This document shows positions 56,182-64,000 of a DNA stretch of 64,000 nt, in pieces. The stretch is from IMG/VR virus record IMGVR_UViG_3300042691_055975; one strand, written 5' to 3'. The DNA is from an uncultured virus (IMG/VR IMGVR_UViG_3300042691_055975). Taxonomy: Duplodnaviria; Heunggongvirae; Uroviricota; Caudoviricetes. Numbering within the stretch: the first letter of the stretch is position 1; each line of letters opens with the position of its first letter. The notes beneath the pieces are model-generated. The model worked only from the letters and a program-made list of their open reading frames with translations. It had not been told where the DNA came from and made no database searches. Both the position numbers and the translations under genes were made by a program.

Positions 56182-56490
56182 ATGGTCGATCCGACCCCTC
56201 GTCTTCGCGGCCGCGCCGGCATGGCGCAACGGCGCCGTCGCTTACAAGCCGAGCCATTATGCCGGGACTGCAAGGAGCGCGGCATCATCACGGCGTCGAC
56301 CGTGCCCGACCATATCACCCCCCTCGCCCAGGGCGGCGCCGACGATGACGACAACATCCGCTGCCTCTGCGATCCCTGCCACAAGCGGCGGACCGCCGAG
56401 CAGTTCAAGCAGAAGCGCGCCGCCCTCGGAGCTTGCGGCCTCGACGGCCTCCCCACAGATCCTGACCACCCTTGGAACCGGAGCGCGTAA
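56182..56490 (+). CDS. HNH endonuclease (terminase-associated)
   Basis: PLCRDC..PDHITPL..N..LCDPCH. Confidence 0.9.
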   Translation: MVDPTPRLRGRAGMAQRRRRLQAEPLCRDCKERGIITASTVPDHITPLAQGGADDDDNIRCLCDPCHKRRTAEQFKQKRAALGACGLDGLPTDPDHPWNRSA

Positions 56491-56687
56491 TGGCGAAGAC
56501 GCATCTATCCCTGCACGTTCGCAAGCGCTGGTTCTTCTGGCCTGCAATGTTGATCTTGGTTGCTGCTGGGAAGCTCGGCTTGATCCGTGACAAGGCATCG
56601 GACGCGCATGCTGACGGGGTGGAGACCGGACCGGAACGCGCCGCTCGTTGGCTGGTCGACCACGCCGTGGTCATAGAGGTTCGCTGA
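56490..56687 (+). CDS. Hypothetical protein
   Basis: TAATG-coupled to the HNH gene. Confidence 0.5.
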   Translation: MAKTHLSLHVRKRWFFWPAMLILVAAGKLGLIRDKASDAHADGVETGPERAARWLVDHAVVIEVR

Positions 56688-56689
56688 GG

Positions 56690-56800
56690 TCTGCCGCCCT
56701 GGGGGGGGGCGGGTCAAAAGTCAGGGCCGATCCGAGGGGACACCGACACAGCCCCTCAATTTCAACGCTAATACAGTTTTTGCTCTGGACCGGGAGGCCC
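56690..56800 (+). other. Probable cos/packaging region
   Basis: Non-coding gap with a G-run and GGGTCAAAAGT between HNH and terS, as in HK97-type phages. Confidence 0.45.
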
Positions 56801-56804
56801 GCCG

Positions 56805-57275
56805 ATGAGCCGACGCCAGCGCATCGACAGCGCCGAGGCCGCCGTGACCGTAATGGCCGCTGCAACCAAGGATTTATCGCCACCGAAGCATCTGAAATTG
56901 CGGCGCGGAGATGCTCCGTTTTGGGCTTCGGTCATTGCTGAAAAACCCCGATCCGAATGGACAGATGCTGACCTAGCCGTCGCCGCCAATCTGGCGCGCG
57001 CCATGGCCGACGCGGAGAAGCTGGCTGCGTTCTCCGTCGACCGCGGCGGGAACGTCAAAGTAACGGTGCTGATCCAGACGATCGATCTAAGCGACAAGCT
57101 GGCGCGGCGCATCGTTACCTTGCGCCGAGCCCTGGGCCTCGACAATCGTGCCAAGCATGGTGAGCAGCGCGACGTGAACAAGCGGCGGGAGCATGCGCGG
57201 GGAATCGAAGACGGCCATAACCCGCTCGCTGAGGACGATGACGATCTGCTGGCGAGGCCGGGCACCCTCCAGTGA
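56805..57275 (+). CDS. terS: Terminase small subunit
   Basis: Position; PPKHL..FW..W..DL..A..LA..R.LGL. Confidence 0.75.
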   Translation: MSRRQRIDSAEAAVTVMAAATKDLSPPKHLKLRRGDAPFWASVIAEKPRSEWTDADLAVAANLARAMADAEKLAAFSVDRGGNVKVTVLIQTIDLSDKLARRIVTLRRALGLDNRAKHGEQRDVNKRREHARGIEDGHNPLAEDDDDLLARPGTLQ

Positions 57276-58837
57276 GCGTTCCCAGCGGCGGCTTCCCGCC
57301 GCCGACGTTCAGCGGGGACCATAAACCGAAGACGCGCGGGGACCGGGCCATCGCGTTCATCGAAAAATATTGTCTCGTGCCCGAAGGCAAGCTGGTTGGG
57401 CAGCCAATCCGTCTCGACCCGTTCCAGAAAGAGTTCATCTGGTCGGTCTATGACAATCCTGCAGGAACGACTGAGGGCATCCTCAGCATGGCCCGCAAGA
57501 ACGGCAAGACTGCCCTGATCGCATGCCTGTTGCTTGTCCATCTGGTCGGTCCGGAGGCCCGGCTCAACAGTCAGATCGTCTCAGGCGCGCGGTCGCGCAA
57601 GCAGGCGGCGCTGGTGTTCAATCTGGCCTGGAAGATGGTCAAGCTGAACCCGAAGCTGAAGGTGCTGGTTCGGGTCATCCCGTCAGCCAAAACCCTGATC
57701 GGACTGGCCAGAGACGTCACCTATGAGGCGCTGTCGGCGGAGGCTGGCACAGCGCACGGCTTGTCCCCGGTGCTGGCCATCCTTGACGAGCTGGGCCAGG
57801 TACGCGGCCCGCTTGATGATTTCGTCGAGGCGATCGAAACGGCATCGGGCGCATATGACGACGCGCTTCGCCTGATCATCTCGACGCAGGCGCCGACCGA
57901 CGCGGACATGCTGTCAATCAAGATCGATGACGCGCTGCGATCGAAGGATCCGAAGATCGTGGTTCGGCTATACGCTGCCGATCCCAAAGCGGAACTGCTT
58001 GACCCGGCAGCCCACAAGGCCGCGAACCCTGCGTTGGGCACGTTCCGATCTAAGGTCGAACTGCTGGCGGCGGCCGAGAAGGCGGCGCGCATGCCTTCGG
58101 CGGAAAACGGCTTCCGCAATCTATATCTGAATCAGCGGGTAAACCGCTTTTCGCCATTCATTTCCCCGAGCGTCTGGGGCGCATGCAACGGCGATACAGA
58201 TGACGAGGCGTTCAAGAAGGGCGAGGTTTACGGGGGCCTCGACCTTGCAGAAACGACTGACCTTTGCGCCTTTGTCCTGGCCGCGCTCTGGAACGGTGTC
58301 TGGCATCTGCGGGCGTGGTTCTGGAAGCCGGACGCAACGCTGACTGAACACGCGAAGCGGGACCGAGCGCCATATGACATCTGGGCTGAGAAGGGCTTCA
58401 TCAACACCACGCCGGGCGTCGCGGTCGACTATGAATATGTCGCTCACGACCTCGCGCGAATCTGCGAAGGCATCCCGGTCATCAAGATCGGCTATGACCG
58501 GCATCGCTTCAAGACGCTCGAAACGCAGATGAGCAAGGCCGGTGTCGAACTGCCGTTCGAGCCGTTTGGGCAGGGCTTCATCAGCATGGCTCCGGCCATG
58601 GACCTGATCGAGATCGACTTTCTCAATGAGAAGATCCGGCACGGAGCTAACCCCGTGCTGACCATGTGCGCCGCGAATGCGGTCGTGAAGAAAGACCCGG
58701 CCGGGAATCGCAAGCTCGACAAGGCCAAGTCGACAGGAAGGATCGATGGCATGGTCGCAGCGGTAATGGCGCGGGGGGTTGCAGCATTGTCGCCCGATCA
58801 GGCTTCGGTCGATGAGTGGATCGAGAGCCTCGGCTGA
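57272..58837 (+). CDS. terL: Terminase large subunit (HK97-like)
   Basis: ARKNGKT, LDELG, IISTQ, GGLDLA, RIDGMVA. Confidence 0.93.
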   Translation: MSVPSGGFPPPTFSGDHKPKTRGDRAIAFIEKYCLVPEGKLVGQPIRLDPFQKEFIWSVYDNPAGTTEGILSMARKNGKTALIACLLLVHLVGPEARLNSQIVSGARSRKQAALVFNLAWKMVKLNPKLKVLVRVIPSAKTLIGLARDVTYEALSAEAGTAHGLSPVLAILDELGQVRGPLDDFVEAIETASGAYDDALRLIISTQAPTDADMLSIKIDDALRSKDPKIVVRLYAADPKAELLDPAAHKAANPALGTFRSKVELLAAAEKAARMPSAENGFRNLYLNQRVNRFSPFISPSVWGACNGDTDDEAFKKGEVYGGLDLAETTDLCAFVLAALWNGVWHLRAWFWKPDATLTEHAKRDRAPYDIWAEKGFINTTPGVAVDYEYVAHDLARICEGIPVIKIGYDRHRFKTLETQMSKAGVELPFEPFGQGFISMAPAMDLIEIDFLNEKIRHGANPVLTMCAANAVVKKDPAGNRKLDKAKSTGRIDGMVAAVMARGVAALSPDQASVDEWIESLG

Positions 58838-60090
58838 TGAACCTGCTGCAAAAAGCGGTCTTTCGGATCGCGCGCGCTATTGGCTTGACGGACCCGCGGC
58901 TTTATCGCGCTCTGGGCGTCACCGATGCTTATACCGGCGAGACGGTCACAGCTACTTCAGCGCTGGCACTCTCCGCCACATGGGCCTGCGTCAACTTGGT
59001 GGCAGGCACTATCGGTTCGTTGCCTGTGATGGTTTATCGGACCGTCAACGGCAACCGAGAGCCGGCGACCGACCACCTGCTCTATCGGCTGCTGCACGAC
59101 ACTCCGAACGCAGATCAGACGGCCCTTGAGTACTGGGAGTTCATCGCCGCCAGCCTGGAACTGGAGGGCAACGCCTATTCGGAAATAATGCTCGCCGGCG
59201 GTGGCCGAATAACGTCACTGGCGCCGCCGATCCCGCCATCGCTGATGACGGTGAGGAAAGCAGACAGCGGCAGGCTGGTATATAGCTGGGTCGAAGATGG
59301 CGAGCAGCGCGAGGTCGATGAGCGTCGCATGCTCCATATCCGCGGGTTCGGCGGCTCTGTCCTAGGGGGCCTATCCACCCTTGCAATGGCCCGTCAGACG
59401 ATGGGTCTGGCCCAGGCGATCGAGCGCACGGCCGGTTCGACATTTGCCAACGGCATCCGGTCCTCTGGGGTGCTGCATGTCAAGAACCAGTTGAAGATCG
59501 AGCAGCGTCAGGAAGTCGAGCGCCGGCTACTCGAAAAATATACCGGAGCGGTGAAGGCCGGCGTCCCGATGGTGCTCGACAACGACATGCGTTGGGAGAC
59601 GCTGAGCATCAATCCCAATGATGCGCAGATGCTGGAAAGCCGCGGCTTCTCGGTCGAGGAAATTTGCCGGTTCTTTGGCGTCCCGCCGGTCATGATTGGC
59701 CACACTTCAAAAATGACCAGCTGGCCAACGGGCGTCGAGCAGCAGGGGCTCATTCTTCAGAAATTCACGTTCCGCCGCAGGGTGAAACGGATTGAACAGG
59801 CGGTCATGAAGAAGCTGCTCACCCCCGCCGACAGGGCGAAGGGTGTGACGGTCGAGTTCAACATGGAAGGCATCCTGCGAGGCGACAGTGCGGCGCGCTC
59901 GGCTTTCTACACCGCTGGCCTGCAGAATGGCTGGCTCACCATCAATGAAGTGCGCCGGCTTGAAAACCTGCCGCCTGTCCCCGGTGGCGATGTGCCTCGC
60001 ATGCAGATGCAGAATGTGCCGATCACCGACACGCCAGCCATGGGCCACAACGGCGGCCCGAAGCTGGATGATGAGGAAGACGAAGAATGA
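58837..60090 (+). CDS. HK97-family portal
   Basis: WACVNLVAGTIGSLP, DAQMLESR..EEICRFFGVPP. Confidence 0.93.
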   Translation: MNLLQKAVFRIARAIGLTDPRLYRALGVTDAYTGETVTATSALALSATWACVNLVAGTIGSLPVMVYRTVNGNREPATDHLLYRLLHDTPNADQTALEYWEFIAASLELEGNAYSEIMLAGGGRITSLAPPIPPSLMTVRKADSGRLVYSWVEDGEQREVDERRMLHIRGFGGSVLGGLSTLAMARQTMGLAQAIERTAGSTFANGIRSSGVLHVKNQLKIEQRQEVERRLLEKYTGAVKAGVPMVLDNDMRWETLSINPNDAQMLESRGFSVEEICRFFGVPPVMIGHTSKMTSWPTGVEQQGLILQKFTFRRRVKRIEQAVMKKLLTPADRAKGVTVEFNMEGILRGDSAARSAFYTAGLQNGWLTINEVRRLENLPPVPGGDVPRMQMQNVPITDTPAMGHNGGPKLDDEEDEE

Positions 60091-60743
60091 TCTTGTTCAA
60101 GAACAGCGCCTTCGCGCTCGACGAAAAGGCGGTGAGCGATACCGGGGTCATTGAGGGCTATGCCTCAGTCTTCGGCGTAGTCGACAGCTACGGCGAGGTG
60201 GTCGAGCCCGGCGCGTTCGTCGACAGCCTGGTCAAGAGCCAGCGAACCGGACGTCGGATCAAAATGCTTTACCAGCATGATCCGCACCAGGTGCTCGGCG
60301 TCTGGGACGATCTCGCCGAGGACAGCAAGGGCCTGTACGTCAAAGGCCGGCTACTGATCGACAAGTCGCCCAAAGCGGCAGAGGTTCACGGCCTGCTCCA
60401 GGAGCGCGCGCTGGACGGCCTGTCCATCGGCTATCGCACCATCGAGGCGAAGCCCAAGGAGGGCAAGCCTGGCGTCCTTTCGCTGCTCAAGCTCGACCTG
60501 TTTGAGAACAGCATCGTCACCTTCGCCGCCAATGAGCGCGCGCGTGTCGAAACCGTAAAATCTATTCTGGAGGCCGGCAAGTTGCCGACCGTCCGCGAGT
60601 TCGAGGGGGCCCTGCGGGAGCTTGGCCTCTCGAAAGCCAAGGCGGCAGCGATTGCCACCGCGGCGACGCCGCATCTTCGGGGGGAGCCCGAGGGCCAGGC
60701 GATCGATGACATGCGCAGGTTCCTGACGACCCTGCGCGCCTGA
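60087..60743 (+). CDS. HK97-family prohead protease
   Basis: EGYASVF..DSY, LYQHD, GLSIGY, ENSIVTFAAN. Confidence 0.92.
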   Translation: MILFKNSAFALDEKAVSDTGVIEGYASVFGVVDSYGEVVEPGAFVDSLVKSQRTGRRIKMLYQHDPHQVLGVWDDLAEDSKGLYVKGRLLIDKSPKAAEVHGLLQERALDGLSIGYRTIEAKPKEGKPGVLSLLKLDLFENSIVTFAANERARVETVKSILEAGKLPTVREFEGALRELGLSKAKAAAIATAATPHLRGEPEGQAIDDMRRFLTTLRA

Positions 60744-60762
60744 CCACACACGGAGATATTCC

Positions 60763-62055
60763 ATGAAGAAGATGTTTTTCGTGGGAGGCGCTCGCGCCTT
60801 CCTCGGCATCATGACGCGCAACGAACGCCGTCTGGGCCGCTATATCCGCGATGGCGAAGGCCACCCGCAGTCCGTCGAACAGCTTGCCGTTGAACTGAAG
60901 AAGGACTTCGACAAGCGGTTCGACAAGGTGAAGGAGATCGCCGAGGAAGCGGTTGGCAAGGCCAAGACCGGCGAGGATCTGACGAAGGCCGCGAAGGAGC
61001 TGGCCGACGAGGCCCTGACCGGTATGAACGAGGTCAAGCACCGCCTCGACGACATCGAGCAAAAGCTCGACCGCAAGCCCGGCGATGACAAGATCGACGT
61101 GAAAACGCTGGGCGACCAGTTCGTCGCGGACGAACGGGTCAAGGCGTTCCTGGAAAGCGAAAGCAAGCGCGGTAAGATCGACTTCTCCGCCAAGGCGTCG
61201 CTGACCTCCGCCACCACTGGGACCGGTGGTTTGGGCGATGCTGTCAACCAAACCCGCCTGCCCGGCATCATCGCGCCGCCCGAGCGTCGTCTGACCGTGC
61301 GCGATCTGATCACGCCTGGCCGGATGGACGGCAACACGCTCGAATATGTGAAGGAGACGGGGTTCTCCAACAATGCGGCCACCGTGGCGGAAGGCGCTGC
61401 CAAGCCGCAGTCGGACATCACCTTTGATCTGGTTTCGACCACTGCGAAGGTGATCGCCCACTATGCGAAGGCCTCGCGCCAGATCATGGACGACGTCTCT
61501 CAGCTGGCGTCCTACATCAATGGTCGCCTCAATTATGGGCTCGCATATAAGGAGGAGCAGCAGATCCTGAGCGGTGACGGCACCGGCCAGAACCTGCTCG
61601 GCATCATCCCGCAGGCGACCGCCTACAACGCTCCGGTCGCGATCTCCGGGGCTACCAGCATCGACCAGGTTCGTCTTGCCATGCTACAGGCAGCCCTCGC
61701 CGAGTTCCCGGCGACCGGCACGGTCATGAACCCGATCGACTGGACCGTGATCGAACTGACGAAGGACGCTGCGGGCGGCTATATCTTCGCCAATCCCGCG
61801 CAGCTCACCGGTCCGGTTCTGTGGGGCAACCCTGTCGTGCCGACCCAGGCAATTGCGCAGGACAAGTTCCTGACGGGTGCCTTCAAGCTCGGCGCGCAGC
61901 TGTTTGATCGCTGGCTGGCGCGCATCGAAATCGCGACCGAAAACGAAGACGACTTCATCAAGAACATGATCACGATCTTGAATGAAGAGCGCCTCGCGCT
62001 TGCCGTGTATCGGCCCGAAGCCTTCATTTACGGCGACTTCGGCCGCATCGCCTGA
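60763..62055 (+). CDS. HK97-family major capsid protein
   Basis: VAEGAAKPQSD, SRQIMDD, ILSGDGTG, EERLALAVYRPEAF. Confidence 0.93.
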   Translation: MKKMFFVGGARAFLGIMTRNERRLGRYIRDGEGHPQSVEQLAVELKKDFDKRFDKVKEIAEEAVGKAKTGEDLTKAAKELADEALTGMNEVKHRLDDIEQKLDRKPGDDKIDVKTLGDQFVADERVKAFLESESKRGKIDFSAKASLTSATTGTGGLGDAVNQTRLPGIIAPPERRLTVRDLITPGRMDGNTLEYVKETGFSNNAATVAEGAAKPQSDITFDLVSTTAKVIAHYAKASRQIMDDVSQLASYINGRLNYGLAYKEEQQILSGDGTGQNLLGIIPQATAYNAPVAISGATSIDQVRLAMLQAALAEFPATGTVMNPIDWTVIELTKDAAGGYIFANPAQLTGPVLWGNPVVPTQAIAQDKFLTGAFKLGAQLFDRWLARIEIATENEDDFIKNMITILNEERLALAVYRPEAFIYGDFGRIA

Positions 62056-62062
62056 TGAGAAC

Positions 62063-62093
62063 GGGTCCCTTGGATTTCCGAGGGACCCCTTTT
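62063..62093 (+). terminator. Rho-independent terminator after the capsid gene
   Basis: GGGTCCCTTGGA/TCCGAGGGACCC stem followed by CTTTT. Confidence 0.7.
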
Positions 62094-62140
62094 CCGATCA
62101 TCGACGCGCACCTGCGCCGATGATCCGAAAGGAGCATCAC

Positions 62141-62446
62141 ATGAGCAAGAAGACCTACCGCGTCCTGCGTCAGTTGGACGGTGACAAGCAATACCTGCCC
62201 GGCGACACCCGCGAACTCTCTCCCGCCGATGCGAAGCATCTTGTCGATCTCGGCGCGCTGGTGGAAATCGACGGCGCCGCAGCCGATTACGACGAAGGAC
62301 AGGAAGATGAAGGCGCGGGCGAAAAGGCTCAGCCGCCGGTCGAGAACAAGGCCGAGGCCCCCGTCGAGAACAAGGCAGAAGTGCCCGCCGCTTCTCGGGC
62401 CAAGCCGGCCAAGGCATCGACCAAGCCGATCGAGAACAAGAACTGA
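62141..62446 (+). CDS. Hypothetical head-associated protein
   Basis: AAGGAG Shine-Dalgarno; PVENK repeats. Confidence 0.7.
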   Translation: MSKKTYRVLRQLDGDKQYLPGDTRELSPADAKHLVDLGALVEIDGAAADYDEGQEDEGAGEKAQPPVENKAEAPVENKAEVPAASRAKPAKASTKPIENKN

Positions 62447-63048
62447 TGCGCGCGCTCGTCGTCATCCCTCCCGAGCCGGTCGTAACCTGGCCGGAAGCCC
62501 AGGCGCATCTGCGCCTTGACGGTGACGGCGAGCAAGCCTTCGTGGAGGCGATGATCGCCGCCGCGACGGCCCATATCGACGGGCCTGCCGGCTGGCTGGG
62601 CAGGGCGCTTGGGTTGCAGACAATCGAGGTTCGATTGCCGTCCTTCGGCGTCACTTCGATCGCGCTGCCATACCCTCCTGCCGTCGACATCGTGTCGATC
62701 GAATATGTCGACGGCAACGGAGACGCCGCGATCCTTGACGATGAGGATTATGAACTGTCCGGTCCGCTGCTGCGTCCAGCCTGGCCGAACTCGTGGCCGG
62801 CAGCGCAGTGGCGAGGGTGCGACGGGGATGCCGTGCGCATCCAGTATCGCGCCGGCTATGCGGTCAATCCTGACGCCGAGACGATCGTCCCGAACATTCC
62901 CGCGCCCATCCGTGCTGCGATCCTGCTGATGGTGGGCGACCTTTACCGCTTCCGCACCTCGGCATCGGACATGAGCATAGCCCCGGCGTCCATACCCATG
63001 TCGACCACTGTCGAGAGCCTGCTGAACCCCTTCCGGGTGTATCGCTGA
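62446..63048 (+). CDS. Head-tail connector (gp6-like)
   Basis: EPVVT..A.AHLR, GWLGRAL, IRAAILL..LY. Confidence 0.85.
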   Translation: MRALVVIPPEPVVTWPEAQAHLRLDGDGEQAFVEAMIAAATAHIDGPAGWLGRALGLQTIEVRLPSFGVTSIALPYPPAVDIVSIEYVDGNGDAAILDDEDYELSGPLLRPAWPNSWPAAQWRGCDGDAVRIQYRAGYAVNPDAETIVPNIPAPIRAAILLMVGDLYRFRTSASDMSIAPASIPMSTTVESLLNPFRVYR

Positions 63049-63386
63049 TGACGCTCGACCCTGGCACTCTTGATCGCCGCGTAACGATCTTGGCCGCGCA
63101 GTCTGAGGATGACGGATTTTCTTCGTCTCCGGGCGCTCCGGTCGAAGTAGGCAAGCGGTGGATGTCTCGAAAGGACATAGGCGACGGCGAGCGCATCAGA
63201 GCCGAGAGCTTCGGCTCGAAGATCAGCAGCAGGTTCGTCTGTCATTACGACAGCCTGACGTCGACAATCCGACCTGATCGTCACTCGCTGCTCTGCGAAG
63301 GCACGGTTTACAACGTAGTGGGCGTCAAAGAGATCGGCCGTCGCGAGGGGCTGGAGATCACCACCGCCGCCGAGTTGCAGTCGTGA
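63048..63386 (+). CDS. Head closure/head-tail adaptor
   Basis: GTLDRRVTI..GRREGLEIT. Confidence 0.85.
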   Translation: MTLDPGTLDRRVTILAAQSEDDGFSSSPGAPVEVGKRWMSRKDIGDGERIRAESFGSKISSRFVCHYDSLTSTIRPDRHSLLCEGTVYNVVGVKEIGRREGLEITTAAELQS

Positions 63387-63796
63387 AAGCTGGGCTGAGC
63401 GTAGAGGGCTTCGATGAGGCCGATCGAACACTTGTGCGGCTGGGGGGCATGCGGGACGCGGAGGCGCTCAAGGAAATCGGTATCGACGCGTTGGAACCTG
63501 TCGCTGATGCGGCCCGCGCGCTGGTGCGCCGCCGCACCGGCACCCTCGCCAACTCGATCCACGCGGGCGATCGGCTCAGCCCGGCGCAATCCGCCCTGAA
63601 CCACCCGGAGACGGGGACCGTTGAAATCTATGCTGGGCCGGGACCGCTGCCACAGGCGATCACCGAAGAGTTCGGCACCGTTCACGAGAGTGGGCACCCG
63701 TTCATGCGCCCGGCATGGGACAGCCGCGTCTCCGACGTCCAATCCCGCCTGAAGGACGGCTTGGGCAAGCGCCTTGATCGGATCGTGAAAGGCTGA
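63383..63796 (+). CDS. HK97 gp10-family neck protein
   Basis: TGTLANSI, EFGT, PFMRPAWD. Confidence 0.88.
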   Translation: MKAGLSVEGFDEADRTLVRLGGMRDAEALKEIGIDALEPVADAARALVRRRTGTLANSIHAGDRLSPAQSALNHPETGTVEIYAGPGPLPQAITEEFGTVHESGHPFMRPAWDSRVSDVQSRLKDGLGKRLDRIVKG

Positions 63797-63798
63797 CG

Positions 63799-64000
63799 AT
63801 GGAAGAGCAATTCCGAGCAGCGCTGCTCGCGAACAGCGGGCTGGCGGCGATAGTCGGCACCCGGATCGACTGGGGGTTGCGCGGGCAGGTGCCCAGCATC
63901 CGTCTTCAGGTCGTGAGTGGCGTGCCCTTCTATACCCACAGCGGGCGTGACGAGATGACGCCCTATCTGGTTCAGGCCGACTGCTTCGGCGCACGATATG
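63799..64000 (+). CDS. Tail completion protein (DUF3168-like), partial
   Basis: MEEQFRAALL..VGTRIDWG..VQADC; runs off the window end. Confidence 0.75.
   Translation, partial: MEEQFRAALLANSGLAAIVGTRIDWGLRGQVPSIRLQVVSGVPFYTHSGRDEMTPYLVQADCFGARY

Larger units (their letters stand above)
39565..64000. mobile_element. Phage/prophage 2, HK97-type head, truncated by the window end
   Basis: Own int/xis, cI/cro, replication, HNH-terS-terL-portal-protease-capsid-neck genes. Confidence 0.9.

Overview
GC-rich, alphaproteobacterial-looking DNA (probably sphingomonad, inferred from the GapR-like gene and a GTTC-N7-GTTC SOS box). No host housekeeping genes, tRNA, rRNA or CRISPR arrays were seen. The window holds two temperate phage genomes back to back. 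Phage 1 (1-39532) is an apparently complete BPP-1/epsilon15-like podovirus: tyrosine integrase, early-left genes, cI/cro, replication, terminase, T7-like portal/capsid/tail/ejection genes, tail fibre and lysis cassette. Phage 2 (39565 to beyond 64000) is an HK97-type phage with its own integrase, three DNA methyltransferases, cI/cro, replication genes, a NusG-like antiterminator and head genes; it is cut off at the window end. The most unusual signals are: (i) Sec-type signal peptides on three proteins of the phage 1 structural region, including the tail fibre, with paired cysteines in two of them; (ii) a GapR (DUF2312)-FtsK gamma fusion; (iii) a repeated promoter-like motif GTCGATTCAA-N18-TA containing a CcrM GANTC site; (iv) a C5 methyltransferase fully overlapped by a second 1.1 kb same-strand ORF; (v) an acyl-carrier-protein-like domain lacking the phosphopantetheine serine; (vi) a shared N-terminal leader on unrelated head proteins of both phages. 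All family calls come from motif recognition by eye, not database searches.
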